DNA of 64,000 nucleotides from Desulfobacterales bacterium (GTDB lineage Bacteria > Desulfobacterota > Desulfobacteria > Desulfobacterales > 4572-123): the NCBI GenBank assembly GCA_963667755.2, contig CAXXLK010000001.1, positions 1,501,862 to 1,565,861 of the forward strand. Reading direction: 5' to 3'. The notes under the pieces are model-generated. The model ran no database searches. It was given only the letters and a program-made list of their open reading frames with translations, and was not told the origin of the DNA. The number at the start of each line of letters is the position of its first letter. The first letter of the stretch is position 1. A program made the position numbers and the translations under genes. This document shows, piece after piece, positions 36,214-46,068 of the stretch.

Positions 36214-37929
36214 ATGCGCAATTTTTTGGGAATATTGATTATATGTGTTTTTTCTATAGTGTCCGGATGTGGAGAAGATGGTGGGAGTGCCTCAAATGAT
36301 GGTAACACTGAACCACCGGTAATAACAGTGGCAATCGTGCTTGCTGCAAACGATCTTGGAATGCACTGCATGGACAGGGAGTTTTCTGTTTTTTCAATCC
36401 TGCCGCCCTTTAATGTGGTCAATGCCCAGGTAATGAAAAGAGATAGCAACGGGAGACCTTACCTTACAGATGATGGTGATGTCGAATTATTCTATGATGC
36501 CGTCAGTGATGATAGCGGCTCAATCAATACCCGAAGTATTGGGAAAACAACCTTCTGGCAATATGTAGATAGCCTTTTTAGCGTTAACCTTCAAAATGGG
36601 GAGGGACTGACCGGGCTTTATATGCCGGATGACAATCCTCAAGGCCGGGGCCCTCAGTCGATGGCGTATGATCTTCAGCATATGTGGTATTCAGCGGCGG
36701 GTATTCCGATGACGCCGGTTGATGACGCCTTGGATATCAACCCATATCCACTGATGAGGATTGTTGCGCGTGATACAGTGAGCGGGGAACCAATCGGCGG
36801 CTTAGATATCGTTGTACCGGTTGCCACGGAGACCGATTGTCGAAATTGTCACAATACAGGGGGGATAGCAGCACAAGGGGGCGGCTGGTCTAATGACCAG
36901 GATCTGGAAATACAGAGCAAAATTAATATATTAAAACTACACGACAATGAAGAGGCCACAAATCTGGAGAATGCCCAGCCGGTTTTGTGCACCCAATGCC
37001 ATTATTCTCCTGCACTTGATCTGTCCGGCACGGGGCCTTCCGGGGATCAGGTTGGCAAACCGAATTTTTCCCAGGCTATACACGAATACCATGGTGAACT
37101 TGAGGAAAATAATATTCCCCTGTTTTTATCTGCCGGACCTGTTACGGATACCTGTTTCCAGTGTCATCCCGGTAATATCACTCAGTGCCAGCGCGGTGCT
37201 ATGAAGACGGGAGGGATGGACTGCAATGATTGCCACGGCGATATGCTCTCTGTGGGCGGCAAGTTTCCCCTTGCTCAAGATGGCAGCATGGACGGGGCCA
37301 ATGATGGGGGCACTCGAAGACCATGGCTGGATCTCCCCCGTTGCCAGTCCTGCCACACTGGAGACGCCATCAGCTATTTGACGGGGCCCAATTTGATAAG
37401 TGACCCGGATTGGCCGTTTCGATTGCGACAGGCTTTTAAGACAGGAGACGATTCAGCCTCGCCCTTGCTCGCTTCAAATAAACGATTTGCAGAAGACACA
37501 AATACCCTGTTTCGTTTCAGCCGGGGGCATGGTCAAATTATGTGTGAAGGATGTCATGGCAGTACCCATGCCGTCTGGCCAAACGAAACAGTTGGTGCCA
37601 ATGACAACAATGCAGCGATGATGCTGCAGGGATATGTCGGCACGATTATGGAATGCAGCACCTGCCATGAGTCGGGCAGCCTGCCGCTGACAACAAACGG
37701 ACCCCACGGCCTCCATAACGTTAATGATGAACACTGGTACGATGGGGGGCATGAGGATTTTTACGATGACGACAAGATCCGGTGCAAAGCATGCCATGGA
37801 CAGGATTTAACCGGAACCCCTCTGGCAAAAATTCCTGCTACGCGAAGCTTTCAGGTCGAAGATAAAACCGTAACATACGTAGAAGGCGATCTTGTGCGAT
37901 GTAATAAATGCCACGGTATGCCCTCATAA
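36214..37929 (+). CDS. Nine-heme c-type cytochrome lipoprotein
   Basis: MRNFLGILIICVFSIVSGC (lipobox VSGC). Nine CxxCH motifs: CRNCH, CTQCH, CFQCH, CNDCH, CQSCH, CEGCH, CSTCH, CKACH, CNKCH. Confidence 0.8.
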   Translation: MRNFLGILIICVFSIVSGCGEDGGSASNDGNTEPPVITVAIVLAANDLGMHCMDREFSVFSILPPFNVVNAQVMKRDSNGRPYLTDDGDVELFYDAVSDDSGSINTRSIGKTTFWQYVDSLFSVNLQNGEGLTGLYMPDDNPQGRGPQSMAYDLQHMWYSAAGIPMTPVDDALDINPYPLMRIVARDTVSGEPIGGLDIVVPVATETDCRNCHNTGGIAAQGGGWSNDQDLEIQSKINILKLHDNEEATNLENAQPVLCTQCHYSPALDLSGTGPSGDQVGKPNFSQAIHEYHGELEENNIPLFLSAGPVTDTCFQCHPGNITQCQRGAMKTGGMDCNDCHGDMLSVGGKFPLAQDGSMDGANDGGTRRPWLDLPRCQSCHTGDAISYLTGPNLISDPDWPFRLRQAFKTGDDSASPLLASNKRFAEDTNTLFRFSRGHGQIMCEGCHGSTHAVWPNETVGANDNNAAMMLQGYVGTIMECSTCHESGSLPLTTNGPHGLHNVNDEHWYDGGHEDFYDDDKIRCKACHGQDLTGTPLAKIPATRSFQVEDKTVTYVEGDLVRCNKCHGMPS

Positions 37930-38054
37930 TAATTATAAAGTTCGGGCTATTGATCGTGGCCCACCGGCAAATCAATACCAGCATACCAGATCATATATTG
38001 ATTGATCAGAAGCCTTACTTTTAATGTTTTTATAAAGCGCACCCGTATGCTGGC

Positions 38055-38183
38055 GTTTATCTTTCAGTTCAGAGGACACACGCCGGCACCAAAAAGATCC
38101 AATGCAAAAAAAACATGCCCCAAGTCAGGCAGCATCTTGGCCCGCTTGACTTCATCATCGGCCAAACCATCCCCATTATGCAT
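38055..38183 (-). pseudogene. Possible dienelactone-hydrolase-family gene fragment
   Basis: The minus strand reads MHNGDGLADDEVKRAKMLPDLGHVFFALDLFGAGVCPLN*. This resembles the H-x-x-x-G-L...A..LA.LGY.A.A.D.YG.G region of DLH-family proteins, but only about 40 codons are present and a stop lies just upstream. Confidence 0.25.
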
Positions 38184-38537
38184 AAGCGGAATGAAAGATG
38201 TCTACCCGGAAGGATACCTTTGACAGGTTTGGTTGCTATGACTTGACTTGTTAATGAAAGCAGATGTAAATATCATATTTTTCCGGGGGCAGGCGATGTT
38301 CCTCCGGTGTCTGGAATATGCGAGGCTGTTTGTTTTTTGGGTGATCATCAGCTGGGACATGAAGTGCCCGACCGGCAGGGCCCGAAAGCACCGGGATATC
38401 CGGTATGTTTTTAAGCTTTCACAACGAAGCCAGGTGGAATGCATCGGCATTTAAATGTAAAGTTAGCGTTGCGTTATCCCTGAATAGCCCAGGGGTATTC
38501 AGGCCGGTTCGGGATAAGATAAGAGGAGTGTTTGGAT

Positions 38538-39035
38538 ATGGAAGAGGTGTTTGATGTTGTTGATGAGCGGGATCGGATTATCGGAACGGCGTTGCGGAGT
38601 GAGGTGCACGGCAACCCCAGGCTTATCCACAGGGTGGCCCACGTGCTTGTTTTCAATTCAGAAGGGGCGCTTTTTCTCCAGAAGCGAAGTATGAACAAGG
38701 ATGTTCAACCCGGTAAATGGGACACATCCGTGGGGGGGCATCTGGATTCGGGGGAATCCTATGAAACGGCGGCCCTGAGGGAAATGGGCGAAGAACTGGG
38801 GATCAAAGACTGTGAGATCACTTTTCTCCACAAATACCTATATGTTAACAAATCTGAAGCCGAATATGTTTCCACCTATGTCTGCACCTTTGACGGGCCC
38901 ATTCATATCCAGGAAAAAGAGATCGATGATGGGCGTTTTTTCAAGCTTGAAGAGATTGCCTGCAGCAAGGAGCGTGGTTATTTTACACCCAATTGCCTTC
39001 ACGAGCTTGAACTCTATAAAAACAGACCGGTATGA
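38538..39035 (+). CDS. NUDIX hydrolase
   Basis: Nudix box GGHLDSGESYETAALREMGEELGI. ATG 38538 is preceded by AAGAGGAG. Confidence 0.85.
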   Translation: MEEVFDVVDERDRIIGTALRSEVHGNPRLIHRVAHVLVFNSEGALFLQKRSMNKDVQPGKWDTSVGGHLDSGESYETAALREMGEELGIKDCEITFLHKYLYVNKSEAEYVSTYVCTFDGPIHIQEKEIDDGRFFKLEEIACSKERGYFTPNCLHELELYKNRPV

Positions 39036-39166
39036 TGCGGCTGAAGGGAAAAAGCACGGGATAAAAAACAGATTGTGAATTGGGAAAGAATCTTTATAAT
39101 AACAAATGACGTGTGAAGGCATCAAAAAACTGCGATAATTCCCCAAATGACCCATAGGAGGTTCTG

Positions 39167-40096
39167 ATGTCTAAAGATAAGCAGTATGACCTGATTATTG
39201 TCGGTGGCGGCCCCGGTGGCCTGACGGCCGGGATTTATGCCCAGCGGGCGGCACTTCATACATTGCTGCTTGAAAAAATTGCTCCCGGCGGCCAGATGAC
39301 CCTGTCCGATGAGGTTGAGAACTGGCCTGGCACCCAGCGCATCAACGGCGCGGAACTGTCCATGAATTTTGCGCAGCATGCCGAATCCTACGGTCTTGAG
39401 ATTCGAACCGATGAAGTTGCGGCCGTGGAACCCGGGGTGGCTTTTCATACGGTGGTGCTGGCCAGTGGTGAACGGCTTACAACCGGTGCCGTCATTATGG
39501 CCACCGGTGGCCACCCCCGTAAGCTGGGGATTCCCGGAGAAGAGGACAACTACGGAAAGGGTGTCTCCTATTGTGCCGTGTGCGACGGGTTTTTCTTCCG
39601 TAATAAAACCGTGGTGGTGGTCGGTGGCGGTGACAGCGCCTGTGAAGAGTCGCTCTATCTGGCCAAGCTGGCAGAAAAGGTCTACATTGCCCATCGCCGG
39701 GATGCGTTGCGGGCCGGGATGTTGTTGCAGCAGCGGGTCAAAGACGAGGGTAAAATAGAAGTGTTATGGAATACCGTGCTCACCGACATCAAGTCCGGGG
39801 ATGACGGGGTTTACGCCGTCGGGCTTAAAGACACCCAAAGCGGTGAGACCCGGGATCTGGATACCGACGGGGTGTTTGTGTTTATCGGCTTTGAGCCCAA
39901 TAACCAACTGGTGCCGGCGGATATTCGTAAAAACAGGGACGGGTATGTGATCACCGACGTCAAATGCGAAACGGATGTCCCGGGTATTTTTGCCGTCGGC
40001 GATTTAAAGGAAAAGTATGCCCGCCAGATCGTCACGGCGGCGGCAGACGGTGCCACCGCCGCTCTGGCTGCGGCCCATTTTGTCGAATACAAATGA
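39167..40096 (+). CDS. trxB: Thioredoxin-disulfide reductase
   Basis: YDLIIVGGGPGGLTAGIYA (FAD), redox-active CAVCDG, VVGGGDSACEE (NADPH), GIFAVGD. Confidence 0.9.
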   Translation: MSKDKQYDLIIVGGGPGGLTAGIYAQRAALHTLLLEKIAPGGQMTLSDEVENWPGTQRINGAELSMNFAQHAESYGLEIRTDEVAAVEPGVAFHTVVLASGERLTTGAVIMATGGHPRKLGIPGEEDNYGKGVSYCAVCDGFFFRNKTVVVVGGGDSACEESLYLAKLAEKVYIAHRRDALRAGMLLQQRVKDEGKIEVLWNTVLTDIKSGDDGVYAVGLKDTQSGETRDLDTDGVFVFIGFEPNNQLVPADIRKNRDGYVITDVKCETDVPGIFAVGDLKEKYARQIVTAAADGATAALAAAHFVEYK

Positions 40097-40097
40097 C

Positions 40098-40216
40098 GGT
40101 CTCGTAAAAAATCCAACGCTTGCGTTGCGCTGCCTTTCGCAATCATTCAACGTACGATCAGTATGCCTCATGATTGCAAAATTTGCACGCCTTGAATTTG
40201 AACTTTTTACGAGACC
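40098..40216 (+). repeat. 119-bp MITE-like element, copy 2
   Basis: GGTCTCGTAAAAAAT...ACTTTTTACGAGACC. It begins 2 nt after the trxB stop codon. The interior is nearly identical to 17023-17141. Confidence 0.85.
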
Positions 40217-40342
40217 ATCACAAATAAGCCGGGGAAAAATGCGGTGGGCCCAAACATTTTTATTTTGCCCTGAAAAACCTGGTCCGTTGGGCCAAGAATT
40301 TTTACTCAAACCGGGAAACGCCCCTATCTCAAGGAGTCAAAA

Positions 40343-40843
40343 ATGAAGGATATCGATTATAAGCAAGCCACCCCCGACAGTCTGGATCGGATCACGAAAG
40401 GGGTTTTTTTGACCGTCAAATCCGGAGACGATTTGAACACCATGACCATCGGGTGGGCCACCATCGGCGTTGTCTGGCGTAAACCCATCATGATGGTGGC
40501 GGTGCGTCAATCCCGCCATACTTTTGGCATCATTGAAAAAGCCCATGACTTTACGGTAACCATACCCCTTACGGATATGAAGAAAGAAATCGCCTTTTGC
40601 GGCACGCAATCGGGCCGGGACCAAAATAAGTTCGGGGCCTGTAATCTCGAAACGGCCCAGAGTCGCCATGCGGTTTCTCCGGTGATCAAAACCTGCGGAC
40701 GCCATTATGAGTGCAAAATTATTTTCAAGTCCGCCATGGATCCGGTTTTTTTAGACAACGATTACAATACCGGACTCTATGCGGACAGGGATTATCACAC
40801 CCTTTATTTTGGTGAAATCATGGCCTGTTATGAAACCGATTAG
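40343..40843 (+). CDS. Flavin reductase-like (FMN-binding split-barrel) protein
   Basis: 166 aa. ...VFLTVKSGDDLNTMTIGWATIGVVWRKPIMMVAVRQSRHT is typical of the Flavin_Reduct family. Confidence 0.65.
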   Translation: MKDIDYKQATPDSLDRITKGVFLTVKSGDDLNTMTIGWATIGVVWRKPIMMVAVRQSRHTFGIIEKAHDFTVTIPLTDMKKEIAFCGTQSGRDQNKFGACNLETAQSRHAVSPVIKTCGRHYECKIIFKSAMDPVFLDNDYNTGLYADRDYHTLYFGEIMACYETD

Positions 40844-40863
40844 GCCTTTGTGGTGTTCAGGTT

Positions 40864-41130
40864 ATGAATGAACAGATGGAAAAGACGCTCCAGACGGTTT
40901 TAGACCGGGTCAAAGATCCGGAAACCGGCTTGTCGGTGGCCCAACTGGGACTGGTCCGGAAAATACGCTACGTAAAAGAAAGCAAAAAACTGCTTGTTCT
41001 TTTAACTTTCATAAGGCCCGGCCCGGTGTGCTGCTCCCTCTTGAGTGGAATGGTTCTGTCGACAGTTAAAAAAAACCTGCAGACGGAACTCGAACGTGCG
41101 TTCCCGGAACTGACGGTTGAATACAGGTAA
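40864..41130 (+). CDS. DUF59/MIP18-family metal-sulfur cluster assembly factor-like protein
   Basis: VLDRVKDPETGLSVAQLGLVRKIRY matches the DUF59 core motif (V.DPE.g..i..LGlv). Confidence 0.6.
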   Translation: MNEQMEKTLQTVLDRVKDPETGLSVAQLGLVRKIRYVKESKKLLVLLTFIRPGPVCCSLLSGMVLSTVKKNLQTELERAFPELTVEYR

Positions 41131-41434
41131 ACGCCGAGGCTGCCAATAAGTTAAAGCACTTGGCATTTTAGCCGTATAGGGGAATGCAAATTTTTTTAAT
41201 CGACCGATAGTGGGCCTGCCGAAGAGATCATAAAAAATAAATCGAACCGGACCCCGGGTCTTTTTTTTGTTGATGAAAAATTAAAATTCCTTTATTAAAA
41301 TAATCAATGGATTCGTCCGGAAGCTTCCAATGCAGCCGGACCCGCTACGTCATATTTTTCCCGGCAAGTGCGATACGCAACGCGGTTGGTTCGCGTTGAG
41401 CGAAAATCATGGCAACCGCCTCAGGGAGAAAGGT

Positions 41435-42334
41435 ATGGCTGTCGTCACACCGCTCGTTCACTTTGTTCATATCCCCAAAACCGGCGGGAATACCATTCTG
41501 ATGATTCTGCGTCGACAGTACGGCCGGGATCATATTGAAGCCACATTGTGGGGCCCCCAGCTCAAGAAGACCGCCGACCAGGGCATCGGTATTTTCGTAG
41601 GGCCGAGGCATACCACCACCACAAAAAATATATGGCACACCGAAACGGCTCGTGAGGCGGGTCGGCGATTGACTCGCATGGATGTGGGGCAGGGCAGCGA
41701 TACGCGTGCTATTTACGGCTCCCACAGCGAGTTCGGCCTTCACGAATATATGCCCTGTCCGCTGGTTTCTTTTACGGTCCTGCGGAAACCCGAGGAACGT
41801 GTTGTTTCCCATTATTACTTCACCGTCGATTTCTGGAACCGGCCGGAAAGTGTTGACCTCTATGACCATATCGCCGGGCAGATCGAGTCCAACCTGCAGA
41901 CCCGCATTATGGGCGGGCCATACGGCGGCGGGCTGCTTCCACCGCCGAAAGAGATGCTGTCCCGGGCCAGGTGTAACCTGAAAAAATGTGTGGTGGTCGG
42001 ACTGATGGAACGGTTTGACGAAACGGTCCTGCTGCTGGCCAAGGCTCTGGGATGGCGAATGCCGCTGTACACCCGCCGGATGGTCAATAAAAGTCGCCCG
42101 GATATCAGCATGCTGCCGGAAGCCGTGAGCGCCCGGCTAAAGGCCGACAACCATCTGGATGAGATATTGTATACTGACGGCGTGAAGTTGTTTGAAGCGC
42201 AGCTTGCCGCTTACGGCCCTACCTTAAACCGGGATCTGATTGTTTTTCGAGGGGTGAACGGCCCCTGGCAGCTATGGCAAACGTTGTGGCGGACGATTCT
42301 GTGCAAGGCCCGGAACCCATGGGCTGCCCATTAA
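41435..42334 (+). CDS. Sulfotransferase-family protein
   Basis: FVHIPKTGGNTI (PAPS 5'-phosphosulfate-binding-type HIPKTGG motif). ORF open from 41330. ATG 41435 is preceded by GGGAGAAAGG. Confidence 0.6.
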   Translation: MAVVTPLVHFVHIPKTGGNTILMILRRQYGRDHIEATLWGPQLKKTADQGIGIFVGPRHTTTTKNIWHTETAREAGRRLTRMDVGQGSDTRAIYGSHSEFGLHEYMPCPLVSFTVLRKPEERVVSHYYFTVDFWNRPESVDLYDHIAGQIESNLQTRIMGGPYGGGLLPPPKEMLSRARCNLKKCVVVGLMERFDETVLLLAKALGWRMPLYTRRMVNKSRPDISMLPEAVSARLKADNHLDEILYTDGVKLFEAQLAAYGPTLNRDLIVFRGVNGPWQLWQTLWRTILCKARNPWAAH

Positions 42335-42589
42335 CGTTAAGCCTCGATTTTTTAATTGAGTGGGGCCTGACCGATACGGCAGGACATTTTTTTGGGCCCC
42401 GGGGTGCCTTTGTTTTGAGCCAAAGGGGTTTATCGATAGTCAGGAAAAGTCTGTGGGCGAAACGCAAAAGTGCCTTCCCCTAAACGATGGTTGAATATCT
42501 GTAGCCGATGGTTTATTCTTGGGGTGTGTGATTCTTGTTTTAATATCAAGTTATAGGGTTGCGGACCCACCGAATTTAAGGGAGGTTGT

Positions 42590-43276
42590 TTGAAAATTGT
42601 TTTGACCAATGATGACGGTATCGATGCACCCGGCCTGCAGGCGCTGGTGGCTTGTCTGGACGGATGTGGCGACGTTGTGATTGTGGCGCCGAAACAACCC
42701 CAGTCGGGGGTGGGACATCGGATCACCACAAAAGATCCCCTGGTGGTGGATGAACTTGGGTTCAACCGTTTCAGTGTTGACGGAACCCCGGCCGACTGTG
42801 CCCGGATTGCGTTGCGGGTGATTGCACCGGATGCCCACTGGCTGATTGCCGGCATTAATCCGGGGGGTAACCTGGGCCTGGATGTATACAATTCAGGTAC
42901 CGTGGCTGCGGCCCGGGAAGCGGCTATGCTGGGTTGTAAATCCATTGCGATTTCCCAGTACATCGCCAGAGACCACGGTGTCGACTGGCATGTAACCGGT
43001 CATCACAGCGGGCCGGTGCTGCGAATGCTCATAAATCGGCCTCTTGAAGACGGTGCCTTCTGGAATATCAATCTGCCCCATCCCCTCCGGCTCGATTCAA
43101 CACCGGAGGCCAAAGACTGCGGTCTGGATACGTGCTCTCACCATGTGGATTATCATCAAAAAGACAATGCCTATGTCTATCAGGGATGCTACCACGAGCG
43201 GCCCCGGGAACCGGGCAAAGATGTGGCGGTCTGTTTCGGCGGCAGAATTTCCATGACCTTGATGACCATTTTGTAG
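42590..43276 (+). CDS. surE: 5'/3'-nucleotidase SurE
   Basis: (TTG start) MKIVLTNDDGIDAPGLQAL...GTPADC...SGINPGGNLG-like GINPGGNLGLDVYNSGTVAAAREA. Confidence 0.85.
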   Translation: MKIVLTNDDGIDAPGLQALVACLDGCGDVVIVAPKQPQSGVGHRITTKDPLVVDELGFNRFSVDGTPADCARIALRVIAPDAHWLIAGINPGGNLGLDVYNSGTVAAAREAAMLGCKSIAISQYIARDHGVDWHVTGHHSGPVLRMLINRPLEDGAFWNINLPHPLRLDSTPEAKDCGLDTCSHHVDYHQKDNAYVYQGCYHERPREPGKDVAVCFGGRISMTLMTIL

Positions 43277-43437
43277 AAAGTGCCCATCCAGAAATGATCT
43301 TTTTACCCAACCTCATCGTTATGCGAAAAAAGTAATCCTCGGAATATCAAATATATGCCTCCGGTTATTTTTTCCGCATGCCTTGATCTTGAACAAAAAT
43401 CTTTATTTCTGGATGGACACTATAAAGGTGTTTTTTT

Positions 43438-44151
43438 ATGGATTTAAATACCATTACCGATAAACTTGTTCAGGCATTGCAAGCGCTTGAATTTACCCTG
43501 CCGGTAAGCCACGTCTACAATCCCCTGGAATATGCCCGCAAACCATACGACATTTATATGGAGCGGTATGGCACCGGTTCAAGGGAGATCATCCTGCTCG
43601 GGATGAATCCCGGACCCTGGGGAATGGCCCAGACCGGGGTTCCGTTTGGAGAGATCGATATTGTTAAAAACTGGTTGCAGATCAACGCACCGGTGGGACA
43701 GCCGGCGGTTGTTCACCCCAAAAAGCCGGTTAACGGGTTTGAGTGCACCCGCAGTGAAGTCAGCGGCCGCCGGTTGTGGGGGTGGGCCAGAAATCGGTTT
43801 GGAAGCCCTGAGCGGTTTTTCGATCGTTTTTTTGTGGCCAATTATTGTCCGCTGTTGTTCATCGAGGCCGGGGGGCGCAACCGGACCCCCAACACTCTTC
43901 GCACAATGGAGCGCAAGCCGCTTCTGGCGGTTTGTGATCTGGCCCTGCAACGAACCGTTACGGCCCTAACCCCTCGCTTTGTGGTGGGGGTGGGGGAATT
44001 TGCTGCGACCCGGGCCCGCACGGCCCTGGCAAATACGGATATCGTCGTGGGCCGCATCAACCACCCCAGCCCGGCCAATCCCCGAGCCAACCAGGGATGG
44101 GAAGCCGTGGTGGAAAAAGAAATGGCGGCCATGGGCATCTGTTTCGAATAA
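43438..44151 (+). CDS. Family-3 (SMUG1-type) uracil-DNA glycosylase
   Basis: GMNPGPWGMAQTGVPFG and HPSPANPRAN motifs correspond to the SMUG1 catalytic motifs. Confidence 0.75.
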   Translation: MDLNTITDKLVQALQALEFTLPVSHVYNPLEYARKPYDIYMERYGTGSREIILLGMNPGPWGMAQTGVPFGEIDIVKNWLQINAPVGQPAVVHPKKPVNGFECTRSEVSGRRLWGWARNRFGSPERFFDRFFVANYCPLLFIEAGGRNRTPNTLRTMERKPLLAVCDLALQRTVTALTPRFVVGVGEFAATRARTALANTDIVVGRINHPSPANPRANQGWEAVVEKEMAAMGICFE

Positions 44152-44179
44152 CCCGGTTTTTGATTTGTCTGGAGGGATC

Positions 44180-44910
44180 ATGAATTTTTTCAAGGGAATG
44201 GGCTATAATCTCAAAGGGCTGAAGATGGGGATCACGACACCCGGGTTGCTGCTGATGGGGATGACCCGATTTGCCGCAGTGGTGGTCCCGGCGATTTTTG
44301 CCGCCGGGTTGCTGCTGGTGCACCATGAACAGATTCTGAACACGGTCTGGATTAAACCGGAAAGTCTCTGGATCCTCTGGGCATGGCAGATTGTTGCCTG
44401 GCTGCTTACCCTTCTGCTGGTAGGACTGGCGGTGATATTGTCTTACCTGTTGGCACAGATCCTGTTCAGTGTTGTCATCATGGACTATATGTCTCTGATG
44501 ACCGAGCGGATGGTGACGGCGCTGAGCAAAAACCGTCCCGGAGATCTCTGCCGCAACGATTCTGGTTTTTAATCCGGCAGGAAATTCCCCGAAGTATTCT
44601 TCCGCTTTTGCTGATGTTGATTATCCTGGTGGCGGGGTGGCTGACGCCTCTGGCACCGGTGCTGACGTTCCTGTCCGCCGGTGTTTCGGCGATATTTCTG
44701 GCCTGGGACAGCACCGATCTGATGCCGGCCCGTCAGATGGTGCCCTTTGGGCGCCGGTTTGCACAACTGCTGAGAAACCTTTGGTTTCACCTGGGATTCG
44801 GCATTCTGTTTCTGGTGCCCGGACTCAATATCCTGCTGTTGTCCTTTGCGCCGGTGGGGGCCACATTGTACCAGCTCGATAAAGCAAAAACCCGAGGGAC
44901 AATTACCTGA
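44180..44910 (+). pseudogene. EI24/CysZ (DUF540)-family membrane protein, reading frame broken between about 44510 and 44572
   Basis: ATG 44180 (GGAGGG upstream) reads MNFFKGMGYNLKGL...VVIMDYMSLMTERMVTAL and stops at 44572. The family-typical C-terminal half (FWFLIRQEIPRSILPLL...AWDSTDLMPARQ...LGFGILFLVPGLNILLLSFAPVGATLYQL) is in the -1 frame to 44910. Confidence 0.65.
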
Positions 44911-45185
44911 TCCACGGCAGTCGCATTTATATTCAACGGTTACGGTTTGCTTGTTGTCTTTAGTGAAACGCCCCGGGATGATTTTATCCTGATGCCCCAA
45001 AAACTCGGGACAAAGCGCTCGTAACGCCGGACAGGGCTTGGGCATATACAGTATACTGTGATGGGGTGTAACATCGAAGCCGTGGAAACAGTTCGACGGC
45101 TGTCCGGCCTAACGATCGCTAACTCCCTCAGACAGTTTTGACCACCAGGATAAAACCAGTCCGGGGCTTTATCCAGTTAATTTTA

Positions 45186-45205
45186 CCCATACGAAATAGC
45201 GAGGA
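45186..45205 (+). repeat. Family-2 element, right-arm-only copy
   Basis: CCCATACGAAATAGCGAGGA, preceded by TTTTA as in the other copies. Confidence 0.6.
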
Positions 45206-45240
45206 TTTATTGAAAATTTCCGGTATTGCTGTTGCGGCTA

Positions 45241-45684
45241 TTATCCGAACCATCTTTTGAGCAATGACGGTTTTTTTCTGAAATTATAATGCGCTTCTTC
45301 GTTTTTCAGCTTATGGTAAAAATCACCTGATTCCGGGTGCAGCATTTGCCACACCTCAGGCCATCCGGGAAATCCCCCGATATTTCGGTCGTCTATAAAA
45401 ATATCGCATTGAATTTTACGGCTGATGGTAAGGTCAAATTCTTCTTCCGGATAACTCCTGTTTACCGCGTAAAAGTCAATGCCATTCTTACGGCAGTAGT
45501 CGACGGCATCCTCCAGATATTGCCCTTCCCGGAAAGTCCATAAAATGAGTCTGTGGCCTTTATCCCTAAGCGCTTTCAATGTCTCGAAGGCAGACAGCAT
45601 CTCTTTACCGATCTCAGGGAAGGCATGCTCGACGATGGTGCCATCAAAATCTACCGCAATTGTCTTTTTATTTGGATCAAACAT
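45241..45684 (-). CDS. Small HAD-like hydrolase-fold protein
   Basis: 147 aa. KTIAVDFDGTIVEH (DxDGT motif I) and DIFIDDRN (acidic motif IV-like). Confidence 0.5.
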   Translation of the reverse strand: MFDPNKKTIAVDFDGTIVEHAFPEIGKEMLSAFETLKALRDKGHRLILWTFREGQYLEDAVDYCRKNGIDFYAVNRSYPEEEFDLTISRKIQCDIFIDDRNIGGFPGWPEVWQMLHPESGDFYHKLKNEEAHYNFRKKPSLLKRWFG

Positions 45685-45815
45685 TACCCCATCCGGGAAA
45701 CCGTTTTGTGTATTGAATTGAGACTATCCATTTTTTAATTCTTCAATTTTTAGATTATTTTAAAAACCCTGTCAATAGCAAGGCCATCTATTGGGGCCGC
45801 TGGTGCAAGGTTTTA

Positions 45816-45836
45816 CCCATACGAAACAGCGAGGAG
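45816..45836 (+). repeat. Family-2 element, right-arm-only copy
   Basis: CCCATACGAAACAGCGAGGAG, preceded by GGTTTTA. Confidence 0.6.
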
Positions 45837-46068
45837 ACATAAAATTGTTGTGGGGAAAACTGAATTGCGCTATTGACTCCCCATTGATCAGACAAACTTT
45901 TAGAGAAATACGTTTGGTCAATGATGTGTGATGCACCCAAGGTGGTCAACATTGTCAGGCGTGGTAAAACCGGTTTGAATTTGCCATGGAATAAACTGAT
46001 GCTGGATGATGAAACAGCGGTGACGCTTCTCCAAAAAACAGATACGGATTAAAAGGAATGGATTAAAG

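Noticed and set aside
40004-40346. ORFs 40004..40309 (-), 40017..40346 (+) and 47811..48155 (-)
   Set aside because: They are composed largely of MITE-like repeat sequence in both orientations, so they are repeat-generated ORFs rather than genes.
45048-45059. Perfect 12-bp palindrome ACAGTATACTGT considered as a LexA/SOS box
   Set aside because: The half-site order is inverted relative to the E. coli CTGT-N8-ACAG box. It does not match the deltaproteobacterial LexA motifs I know, and it is not adjacent to a recognisable SOS gene start.
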